DNA of 58,747 nucleotides from Oscillospiraceae bacterium. GTDB taxonomy: Bacteria > Bacillota > Clostridia > Oscillospirales > Oscillospiraceae. The position numbers and the translations under genes were made by a program. The stretch is from assembly GCA_017440525.1 (NCBI GenBank), contig JAFSHB010000091.1:1-58747 (forward strand), given 5' to 3'. This document shows positions 45,581-53,798 of this stretch, piece by piece; positions within the stretch are counted from its first letter, which is position 1, and each line of letters begins with the position of its first letter. The notes under the pieces are model-generated. The model worked only from the letters and a program-made list of their open reading frames with translations. It ran no database searches and was not told the origin of the DNA.

Positions 45581-45615
45581 AAAGCCTCCCTTTCCCCAAG
45601 GGAGGCTTTCTGTCT
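45581..45615 (+). terminator. Intrinsic terminator after the SDR gene
   Basis: aaagcctccc / gggaggcttt stem followed by a T-rich run. Confidence 0.65.
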
Positions 45616-45623
45616 GTTGCAAA

Positions 45624-45717
45624 AGTTCAATTTTCTGTTGCAAGTTTTTCTTTTTTTCTGTATAATGCAGATAAGTTCAATTTTCATTGAGGTAGCTTTA
45701 TGGAAAGTTCAATTTTC
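45624..45717 (+). promoter_or_regulatory. Promoter TTGCAA-17-TATAAT (45638..45666) flanked by three copies of the 12-mer AGTTCAATTTTC
   Basis: 12-mer copies at 45624..45635, 45674..45685 and 45706..45717. The last copy lies inside the first codons of the HTH-aminotransferase gene. Confidence 0.55.
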
Positions 45718-47175
45718 ACTAAAAGATTCAATTCTCTTTTGAAAGCTAAGAACATGAAGCAGGTGGATCTGCTCCGTCTGGCAGAAGCCCGGGGCGTCAA
45801 GCTGGGCAAGAGCCAGCTTTCCCAGTATCTCTCCGGCAAGACCCTGCCGCGGAAAGATATGCTCCGCTTTCTGGCATCAGCGCTGGAAACAGACATAGAC
45901 TTTCTTCTGGGCAAGGATATGCCCATCTGTGAAACTCCTCCGAAAGGTGATGATACCATGAGAACATTCAACAAATCCTCCAAGCTGGAGAATGTCCTTT
46001 ACGATGTACGAGGCCCTGTTGTGGACGAAGCCGCCCGCATGGAAGAGGCCGGTGCGCAGGTCCTGAAGCTGAACATCGGCAACCCCGCCCCCTTCGGCTT
46101 CCGCGCCCCCGATGAAGTCATCTTCGATATGCGCCGCCAGCTGACAGAGTGCGAGGGCTATTCCCCCTCCAAGGGCCTGTTCGCCGCCAGAAAGGCGATC
46201 ATGCAGTATGCCCAGCTGAAAAACATCCCCAATGTGACCATGGAGGATATCTACACCGGCAATGGCGCCAGCGATCTGATCAATCTGGCGCTGCTGGCAC
46301 TTTTGGATTCCTGAGATGAAGTCCTCATACCTTCCCCCGACTATCCTCTGTGGACGGCATGCGTGACTCTTGCAGGCGGCAGGCCTGTGCATTATATCTG
46401 CGACGAAGCCTCTGAGTGGTATCCTGATATCGAGGATATGCGGAAAAAGATCACCGCAAAGACTAAGGCGATCGTCATCATCAACCCCAATAACCCCACC
46501 GGTGCACTGTATCCCAAGGAGGTCCTGCAGCAGATCGTGGACTTGGCAAGAGAGCATCAGCTTATGATCTTCTCCGATGAGATCTACGACCGCCTCGTCA
46601 TGGACGGTCTGGAGCATATCTCCATCGCGTCTCTTGCTCCCGACCTGTTCTGCATCACCCTCAGCGGTCTTTCCAAATCCCACATGGTGGCAGGCTTCCG
46701 CGTGGGCTGGATGATCCTCAGCGGCAATAAAAAGCTGGCAAAGGACTACATCGACGGTCTGAATATGCTGGCCAATATGCGCCTTTGCTCCAATGTGCCT
46801 GCCCAGTCCATCGTGCAGACCGCCCTTGGCGGCTACCAGAGCGTCAAAAACTATCTGGTGCCCGGCGGCAGACTGTACGAACAGCGTGAGTTCGTCTACA
46901 AGGCCCTCAATGACATCCCCGGCATCACCGCCGTGAAGCCCAAGGCGGCGTTCTACATTTTCCCCAAGATCGATACCAAGCGCTTCAACATCACTGACGA
47001 TGTGCAGTTCGCGCTGGACTTCCTGCGGGAGAAGCATGTGCTTCTGATCAACGGACGCGGCTTTAACTGGCATGAGCCGGATCACTTCCGCGTGGTGTAT
47101 CTGCCCCGTGTGGAGGTCCTGACCGATGCCATGGGCAAGCTGAAGGATTTCCTGTCCACCTACCGCCAAGGCTGA
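45700..47175 (+). pseudogene. alaA: XRE-HTH::class-I aminotransferase (AlaA-like) fusion, interrupted by an in-frame TGA at 46312..46314
   Basis: ORFs 45700..46314 and 46363..47175 share one frame. Read-through gives ..LINLALLALLDS*DEVLIPSPDYPLWTA.., collinear with E. coli AlaA ..ALLNSGDEMLVPAPDYPLWTA.. (quoted from memory), with the stop at the conserved Gly. SGLSKSHMVAGFR contains the PLP lysine. Confidence 0.8.
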
Positions 47176-47180
47176 TAACA

Positions 47181-47225
47181 GATGATAAGACCGCGAGCCC
47201 TTGCAGGGCTCGCGGTCTTATCATC
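47181..47225. terminator. Bidirectional terminator (perfect 20-bp stem) between the aminotransferase and phosphatase genes
   Basis: gatgataagaccgcgagccc ttgca gggctcgcggtcttatcatc. Confidence 0.7.
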
Positions 47226-47242
47226 TCAGCGGTGGAGACCTA

Positions 47243-47806
47243 TCATCCACCGCGGCTCTTGCGGATGGCAGCGGAGAGCGCTTCATCGGAGAGCCTTCTC
47301 AGGCGTGCCAGTTCTTCCGTGGAGATGTCCATGCCGAAGGCTGCCAGCTGCCGCCTGTAGACCACAGTGTTTGGATGGTAGCGGGGATCTTCCCAGATAA
47401 AAAGATCGTCGCCGCCAAAGTACCGCACGATGGCAGCCGCCATGGCGGTGCTCCTCGACTGTCCGCTGTCACAGGACACACAGATCCGCCCGGCATTTTT
47501 GTTCCTTTGCAGGAACGCCAGCACCTGTCTGCCATGTTCCTCGGTGAACACCTTTGGGTCGCGCGCGTTCAGGGTATCATGGACATCCAATATCAAAGTA
47601 TCGTCCAAGTACGCCCACTCCTCACAGCCCTCCGCGTTGGCTGTCAGAAAAATGCCTGTCGTCTCACAGGTCGGCACCTCCTGCCGCAGGAGCATCTGCA
47701 ATCTCTTATACGGATAGATCAAGATCTCAGGGATCAAACTGCCACCTCCGATCCATATCGCCTTTCTGGATATATCAACTATACTTGAGGCCAGCCCTAT
47801 TTTCAA
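47243..47806 (-). CDS. Cys-based protein phosphatase-like protein (CX5R motif)
   Basis: ICVSCDSGQSRSTAMAAAIV contains C-x5-R-S/T. The start is uncertain: TTG at 47737 follows GGAGGTGG and is a plausible alternative. Confidence 0.55.
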   Translation of the reverse strand: MKIGLASSIVDISRKAIWIGGGSLIPEILIYPYKRLQMLLRQEVPTCETTGIFLTANAEGCEEWAYLDDTLILDVHDTLNARDPKVFTEEHGRQVLAFLQRNKNAGRICVSCDSGQSRSTAMAAAIVRYFGGDDLFIWEDPRYHPNTVVYRRQLAAFGMDISTEELARLRRLSDEALSAAIRKSRGG

Positions 47807-47905
47807 CCTCTTTTTCCGTTATTGGTCTGTCGGGCCGACAAATCTGCAGTATATACCGTGCCGCACCAATGACCGTGGCCGAGATATCCCTCAAGGCTCT
47901 CTGGA

Positions 47906-48640
47906 TCAAGATTCCCGCAGGCACCATTTTTGAAACGCCTTTGGAACATGGACATCCACCAACGACGGACAGCCCCAGAAAGAACATCGGGATATCTCCA
48001 CGAGCCCATCGGAGAGCCGAAGCTTCATAAGCTTCTCACAATTGCCGAATGCGAATGTTCCCACCTTCGTCACAGAGTCTGCCATGTACACTTCCGCCAG
48101 CTTGGGGCAATCCATAAACGCCTCGACTTCGATGGACCTGACACCCTCCGGCACATGGAGTTTTTTTATGCCGCTGTTTGCAAATGCCTGTGTATCGATG
48201 ACAGTCGGTGCAGGCTCCGGCAGCAGTTCTGCCAATTCGATACAATCCGCAAAAGCACGCCTTCCGATCTTGAAGAGCTCCTGAGGGAATGTAACTTCGC
48301 GCAATTCCAAGCAGGAAAAGCACAGGCCCGGTGCCACTTCTGTCAGCTTGGGAGGAAGCGTCAACGATCGAATACCGGTCTCGGCAAAGGCATAGTCACC
48401 AAGTCTCTCGATGCTGTCAGCCAAGACCACGGATGTCAGTTCACGCCTTCCCACGAAAGCATAGGACGCGACCGAGGTACATCCCTCTTCGATCACTACT
48501 TCATGAAACTTGAGTGCCGCCCAGGGGAAGGGCTTTTCCTCCCACATATCGCCCATCCCGGTGACGATCAGTCTGCCCTCCGGTGTACAGGTCCAGAACA
48601 GTGCGTCTCCGCACCGGCCTGTAAGTGCCGTTTTATCCAT
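47906..48640 (-). CDS. Leucine-rich repeat protein (BspA/LRR_5 type), 244 aa
   Basis: Repeats of the form I..gvtsIgxxAFxxCxxLxxv, same class as the 15904..17661 product. Confidence 0.75.
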   Translation of the reverse strand: MDKTALTGRCGDALFWTCTPEGRLIVTGMGDMWEEKPFPWAALKFHEVVIEEGCTSVASYAFVGRRELTSVVLADSIERLGDYAFAETGIRSLTLPPKLTEVAPGLCFSCLELREVTFPQELFKIGRRAFADCIELAELLPEPAPTVIDTQAFANSGIKKLHVPEGVRSIEVEAFMDCPKLAEVYMADSVTKVGTFAFGNCEKLMKLRLSDGLVEISRCSFWGCPSLVDVHVPKAFQKWCLRES

Positions 48641-48740
48641 ACAGACCCTCCTTTCCGTCGTTTTATCGTATATCCCAAGTTTACCATGCGACCCCTATTG
48701 GGGGGAGGGAAGCAACTTAGAACCGTCTTTTTTATCCTGC

Positions 48741-48770
48741 AAATAAAACAGGGCCGTCTATTGACGGCCC
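48741..48770 (-). terminator. Intrinsic terminator closing the seven-gene operon
   Basis: gggccgtc aata gacggccc, followed on the minus strand by tgttttatttg. Confidence 0.65.
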
Positions 48771-48794
48771 CAGGGGGTGCTATGAGGTCAGGGA

Positions 48795-49838
48795 TCAGGC
48801 GTACACGACACCCTCTTCCTCCTCGCAGACAGCCTCTTCTTCGTAGTTTTCTTCGAGGTCAGATGTTTCTTCCTCTTCGCAAGCTTCCACAGTCTCAGCG
48901 GGAGCCTTCAGTCCCAGCTTCACCAGCAGGTCGTTCACCATGCGCACACACTTCACCAGAAGTGCACGGGCGGCGCGGCCGGCCTCTGCCGCCTTCATCT
49001 TGATCGTGACGCCCAGACGGGTCTCATCGAGACCTGCAGGCAGCATAGCATCGATGGTCTCGACCACCAGGATCATGGCGCTGATCGCACCCAGGATCAA
49101 GAGACCGGATGTGACGGTGAGACCGGCGGCAGGCGCAAGGATCAACAGAACAAAGCCACCCAGACAGATACGGCCAAGGGCATTGATCGCCGCTTCTTGA
49201 TCGAATTTGAAGGCAGCCTTCTGGGAGCAGTAGTGATCCACCTCAGAGGCGAAGCACACCATGGCAGTCAACTGCTCATCCGTCATCTCGCCCCACTCTT
49301 CGGGCAGCTTGTCTGTAGCCTTCAGGTTCAGGACCGCGGCGGCCGCCAGAGTCTGACGCAGGGGCAGCTCGGACTCAGACACTTCATAGATGTCGGCGTT
49401 GCCTTCGCTGCGGACCTTTGCGAACTGGGTCAGGACACAGTGTGCCACGACACGACTCAGGCCATGGACATCCAGTGCAGTACCTGCCAGCTCCAGATCC
49501 TCAGCTTCTTCTTCGGGCAGCTGCGCCTTCAGTTCCTCGCCCAGAGCTGCCAGCAGCTGGGTCGCCCAGCTGTGCATGGTCTGTTCATCGAGCTCCAGAC
49601 GGTCGACCTCAGCTTCCAGTTCCTCGGGGGTCATAGCCTTGTAGGCCTCGGCCTGTTCGCGGGTCTGCTCGGTCAGTGCCTTCACGCGGGCCACTTCGAC
49701 CGCGATCTCTTCCTGGGTCATCTCACGGTCCTGAGACACCAGTCTTGCCAGCGCCTCATCAAAGGTCGCTCTGCTCATGTCACCAAGGCCAAGCTTCACA
49801 CGCTGGGCGATCACAGCAGTCATCTTTTCGTTCTTCAT
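48795..49838 (-). CDS. Hypothetical membrane protein with highly acidic C-terminal tail (operon gene 7)
   Basis: AGGAGG RBS before ATG 49838. Coiled-coil-like N-terminal half, TM segment(s) LGGFVLLILAPAAGLTVTSGLLILGAISAMILVV, tail EEEETSDLEENYEEEAVCEEEEG. I recognise no family. Confidence 0.7.
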   Translation of the reverse strand: MKNEKMTAVIAQRVKLGLGDMSRATFDEALARLVSQDREMTQEEIAVEVARVKALTEQTREQAEAYKAMTPEELEAEVDRLELDEQTMHSWATQLLAALGEELKAQLPEEEAEDLELAGTALDVHGLSRVVAHCVLTQFAKVRSEGNADIYEVSESELPLRQTLAAAAVLNLKATDKLPEEWGEMTDEQLTAMVCFASEVDHYCSQKAAFKFDQEAAINALGRICLGGFVLLILAPAAGLTVTSGLLILGAISAMILVVETIDAMLPAGLDETRLGVTIKMKAAEAGRAARALLVKCVRMVNDLLVKLGLKAPAETVEACEEEETSDLEENYEEEAVCEEEEGVVYA

Positions 49839-49968
49839 TGTTTTGTCCTCCTTTTGTGTCGTTGGTGGTTTGCTTTCCATGGCTCCATCTTACACCATCG
49901 ATCCATATTTTTCGAGGTAAGCGATCTGGAGATCCGGCCTTTTTGAAATATTTTCAAAAAGCTGTACA

Positions 49969-51738
49969 TCACAGTTCTCTGGACAGCTCCCGATCCATGT
50001 ACATGCCGATCCAATGGAACAGTCTCTCGTCATACTTATGGGTGAACTGATTCGGTTTTTTCAGGCACAGAGGATCCATTTTCTTTTCCTTCGCATGATC
50101 GTAGGGCTCCATATTTTTCTTCACGACTGCGCCCGCACAGAACCGATCTTTGGATATCACACCGCCACCGTTTGCCGCGATATGCTGCTTCTCCATGACC
50201 GTGCAGTAGCCCTGTGCCGCCAAACGCAGGGTCTTGGGCACGCGGGCATCCACACTGGTACCATAACGATTCACAACATCTTCCATCTTTGCCTTGGCTT
50301 CCTGCTGATCGACTGTAGTCCGCACGCCCGGGAGACCGCCCATCTCGATGGCAAGATTTTTGGCAAGGTGGTTGATGTCCGAGCCGGTCATAAAGCGCGG
50401 CAGTTCTTCACTGCCCATGCAGATCTCCACCATCTCGCCGGCGAGCTTATCATCTACGCCGATGAAATGCCGCTCAAGATGGTGCTTCATGATATCCCTG
50501 CACTCCAGATAGCAGGGCAGCATCATGGTAAAGATCGCATCGATCCTGCCAAATCTGGTAAATTCGGGCGGGAGCTTGCTGATGTCATTGGCAGTCGCAA
50601 CGATGAACACCGTCTTCTTCATCTCCTGCATGAACTCCAGCAGTTTGCCGAACAATCTCTGCGTCACACCGGAATCCCCGCTTTTGCCGTCGGCACCGCT
50701 GAAGGCCTTTTCGACCTCGTCGATCCAGAGGACACAGGGCGCACCGGCGATCTGCAGATCCTCCATGACCTCATCCATGCCCTTTTCACTTTCGCCCACC
50801 AGACTGCCAAGGACACGGCTCATCTCCAGCTTCACCAGCGGCAGCTCCAGTACCCGCGCAACGGTCTTGGCCGTCAAAGACTTGCCCGTACCGGGAAGGC
50901 CCAGAAGCACCATGCCCTTGGTCAGGTCATCCGGCTTGGCATCGTCTGTCCTCAGGATATTCTTCTTCTGTACTTTCATCCAGTTCTCTACAGAGGCCAC
51001 ACCGTTCGTCGGGCTCTGAGGCACCTCCAGGCACTGCAGCTTGCCGTGACGCTCCAGGCGTTTCTGCTTCTCTCTGACGATGAACTTTTCCGCCGTCTCC
51101 CGCATCTTCAGCTTATCATATCTATTCTGTTTTTCGCCATACGCGATCTGTGCCAGCACAGCGCGCACATCCCGCTCTGTAAAACCGGCAAAACGGTTTT
51201 GATACCATCGTACCGTATCGTCATCCCATTTTTCCCCCGGGCACTGCTCGCTCAGGAGGGCACGAAAGTCCTTCGTTTCCAATGCAGGGAGCTTCACATA
51301 CTGTGTATATGGCTCCAGCATGGCAGGGAGCTTCAGGCGGCTCCCAAAGACCACCGCACAGTGCTTGGGCGCAAAGCTGCCGTTGAACAGATACTGCTGC
51401 AGCATCCGTTCCGCATAGTCCAGCAGATAGGCCGTCTGTTTCTCACTCAAAGAGCCCTTCGTATCTGCCCCCAGATATAACACGGTCTTTTTTTCAGGAG
51501 AAAGAAGCTCATCCCATGCGGCTTTCTTTCCATCCCAGATCTGCAGATCGACGAACCGTTCACTGTAGAGATTCGATTCGCCGCTCGACGCGCTGTCCTC
51601 TGCGACCTTGAGAAAAGCGTTCATCATCACGCATGCCATCTGTTCGTAGTCATCCGTTGCCAGATGGATGATCGGCCTATACCGAAGCAGCGCCAGCGCC
51701 CTTGCTACATCGGGGATCATATGTTTATATACGCTCAT
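49969..51738 (-). CDS. Classical-clade AAA+ ATPase with ~300-aa unknown N-terminal domain (operon gene 6)
   Basis: Walker A GLPGTGKS, Walker B VLWIDEVEKAF, sensor-1/SRH VATANDISKLPPEFTRFGRIDAIF. AGGAGG RBS before ATG 51738. Confidence 0.82.
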   Translation of the reverse strand: MSVYKHMIPDVARALALLRYRPIIHLATDDYEQMACVMMNAFLKVAEDSASSGESNLYSERFVDLQIWDGKKAAWDELLSPEKKTVLYLGADTKGSLSEKQTAYLLDYAERMLQQYLFNGSFAPKHCAVVFGSRLKLPAMLEPYTQYVKLPALETKDFRALLSEQCPGEKWDDDTVRWYQNRFAGFTERDVRAVLAQIAYGEKQNRYDKLKMRETAEKFIVREKQKRLERHGKLQCLEVPQSPTNGVASVENWMKVQKKNILRTDDAKPDDLTKGMVLLGLPGTGKSLTAKTVARVLELPLVKLEMSRVLGSLVGESEKGMDEVMEDLQIAGAPCVLWIDEVEKAFSGADGKSGDSGVTQRLFGKLLEFMQEMKKTVFIVATANDISKLPPEFTRFGRIDAIFTMMLPCYLECRDIMKHHLERHFIGVDDKLAGEMVEICMGSEELPRFMTGSDINHLAKNLAIEMGGLPGVRTTVDQQEAKAKMEDVVNRYGTSVDARVPKTLRLAAQGYCTVMEKQHIAANGGGVISKDRFCAGAVVKKNMEPYDHAKEKKMDPLCLKKPNQFTHKYDERLFHWIGMYMDRELSREL

Positions 51739-51749
51739 CGTTCCCCTCC

Positions 51750-53723
51750 TTAGAAGCCTGCATATACGGAGCGGCCGATCGACAGTGCCAGCGCCTCCAG
51801 ATATGCCTTGGGAACACCGAAGGCATCTTCTATCCACCGATCGTGCAGTTTCTTCTTCAGCTCTTCATATGTCTGATCTTCGATATCTTTGCGAGCATTA
51901 GCCTTTTTCAGTTCTTTTACGATTCGATTTCTTCTACCCTGCCCGAGCTCAAGATCCAGAGAATCCTTGGTATCGATGTCAAAGATCGTCGCAATAATAG
52001 CCCACACAAGAACCAACGGCCAAATGATCATGATCACCCAGTCACTGATATTCCCGCAAAGACTCGACACGACCTTCTTCACAGTGCCCGTCAATGTATC
52101 CACCGGGAACTGGACATCGGGGAGCTCCCACCGGGCACGATTCGCATCTGTATGATACAGTTCGTTCATCACTTCCGAGATGATCTTCTGGAAGTCCGCC
52201 TTCTTTGCAGCAGCCGCCGCTGCTGCTGCAGACTTTCCTTTTTCATCAAGGGTATCTTTATGCTCCTGCTGTTCCATTATGGGCATCACCATCCCGAGCA
52301 GATCGCGGCCGGTCTTCTTGCCTTTCTCCGCAGCCCACGCCTCTGCCTTCGGCAGGAGGATCTGATTCATCAGATAGGGGTAAAGTTTCTCAGCAGCCTT
52401 TCTTGCGATCCCATCGCACAGCCCCTCCGACGCTTCTTTCAGGCGGTCTTCCAGCGCCGGAACGACCTTGAGTACCGCCAGTGCCTTTGCGTAATACTGC
52501 AGCATACCACAGGGAACAGCTTCATCGATCAGCTTGTCATTGATCTCATCGGGATACACCTTTTCCGCCCCCCAGACTTCCCGGGCATAGGCTCTGATCG
52601 CATCCGCCGCAGGCGTCATTCTGGCTGCGCCGCCGGTGATCAGCACGCAATCCACATTCCCGATCTTTAGTTCCGCACCGGCATCTGCCAGAAACTTCTT
52701 CAGATGCTCCGTATAGGATGCCGTATGGCTCTGGTTGCTGTCGATCGTATCGGTCTCAAACACCTGCGCAGCCACTGCGCGGTTGAGATCGCCGGGCTTG
52801 ATCGAGCAGCTCATCTCTTTGACATAGATCTCCTGCTCCTTTGTGCCCTCGGGCCAGAACTTTTCCTTGATCGCACGGATATCAAAGAGCAGGCTCTTGG
52901 GATCCACATTGGTGCCGGAGCTTGCTGCCGCGATCTTCGCCAGAAGGAGATCCACCTGACCGCCGCCCAGGCGAACGGACGCATCCCGATGGGCAGCACC
53001 GGACTGCAAGACAGTCTTATCGATGTATGTGATATCCGCAGAATAGGCACCCAGATCGATGATCGCGATCTTCTCCATCCTGCCGATGTCATGCCACAGA
53101 TTCAGGGCATAGACGATCGCCGCGTTGGATTCGCTCATAGTCAGAACATCGCCGACACCGGTGGCTTCTTTGACGATCGCCTCAAGATTGGTGCGAGCCT
53201 CCTTTGCCTTCCAGTCTGCTGAATCCGGATGGCCTACCAGCACCAGAACATCAGAGCTATTGTAGCCTTTCAGCACCTCATTCTGCCCCCAGATATTCTT
53301 ATACAGGGCACGGATGTAGTCCACGAGCAATTCCTTTCTGGAGCGATAGCTCTCACTGCCCGCATCGTTTTCCGCACGAATCGCCGTCTTCAGATTTTGA
53401 TCGGTGGGCACACACTTATAATTGGAGTATCGGCGCTGGCACATCTGTGCCGCCTTACCGATCTTGATCATCCCATCCGTATCATAGCCGATCACCGACC
53501 AGCAGGAATAAGGGTCGCCGCCACGGAGCTTGTTGACCCGCAGAAGCTGCGTCTCACCCATGCCGCCGTCATCCACGACCGCCCATGCCGCACTACAGTT
53601 GCCGCCACCCACATCCAGCGCGATCACGGCTTTATAGCTGCCGGAAAGTCTCAGTGCCTCCGCAAAGGTGATCTCGTTCTCCTCAAACAGATACCGGGCG
53701 ATCTGATCTCTTACTTTATGCAT
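51750..53723 (-). CDS. Divergent Hsp70/actin-fold (ASKHA) ATPase with helical C-terminal region and C-terminal TM helix (operon gene 5)
   Basis: Phosphate-1 IALDVGGGNCSAAW, connect SESNAAIVYAL, phosphate-2 IAIIDLGAYSADITY, LGGGQVD, adenosine VLITGGAARMTP. Poly-Ala tract; TM helix WVIMIIWPLVLVWAIIATIF. Confidence 0.72.
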   Translation of the reverse strand: MHKVRDQIARYLFEENEITFAEALRLSGSYKAVIALDVGGGNCSAAWAVVDDGGMGETQLLRVNKLRGGDPYSCWSVIGYDTDGMIKIGKAAQMCQRRYSNYKCVPTDQNLKTAIRAENDAGSESYRSRKELLVDYIRALYKNIWGQNEVLKGYNSSDVLVLVGHPDSADWKAKEARTNLEAIVKEATGVGDVLTMSESNAAIVYALNLWHDIGRMEKIAIIDLGAYSADITYIDKTVLQSGAAHRDASVRLGGGQVDLLLAKIAAASSGTNVDPKSLLFDIRAIKEKFWPEGTKEQEIYVKEMSCSIKPGDLNRAVAAQVFETDTIDSNQSHTASYTEHLKKFLADAGAELKIGNVDCVLITGGAARMTPAADAIRAYAREVWGAEKVYPDEINDKLIDEAVPCGMLQYYAKALAVLKVVPALEDRLKEASEGLCDGIARKAAEKLYPYLMNQILLPKAEAWAAEKGKKTGRDLLGMVMPIMEQQEHKDTLDEKGKSAAAAAAAAKKADFQKIISEVMNELYHTDANRARWELPDVQFPVDTLTGTVKKVVSSLCGNISDWVIMIIWPLVLVWAIIATIFDIDTKDSLDLELGQGRRNRIVKELKKANARKDIEDQTYEELKKKLHDRWIEDAFGVPKAYLEALALSIGRSVYAGF

Positions 53724-53798
53724 TCTGTTTCCTCCTTTGTTTTTATCGAAAAGCACAGTCGCTTTACAGCCTCAGTCTAGCAAAAAGCCAACTGACTG

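Noticed and set aside
46312-46314. Possibility that TGA is decoded as glycine (genetic code 25-like) or selenocysteine, because it sits at a conserved Gly codon.
   Set aside because: TGA clearly terminates other well-defined genes here, including the VWA gene at 15878..15880, vsr at 13807..13809 and the aminotransferase itself at 47173..47175. No SECIS-like hairpin follows. A GGA to TGA point mutation or a sequencing error is the simpler explanation.
45877-47169. 430-aa minus-strand ORF.
   Set aside because: It is antisense to the AlaA-type aminotransferase, whose identity is unambiguous.
50014-52670. 488-aa and 322-aa plus-strand ORFs (50014..51480 and 51702..52670).
   Set aside because: They are antisense to the AAA+ and Hsp70-like genes, which carry complete ATPase motif sets and strong RBSs.
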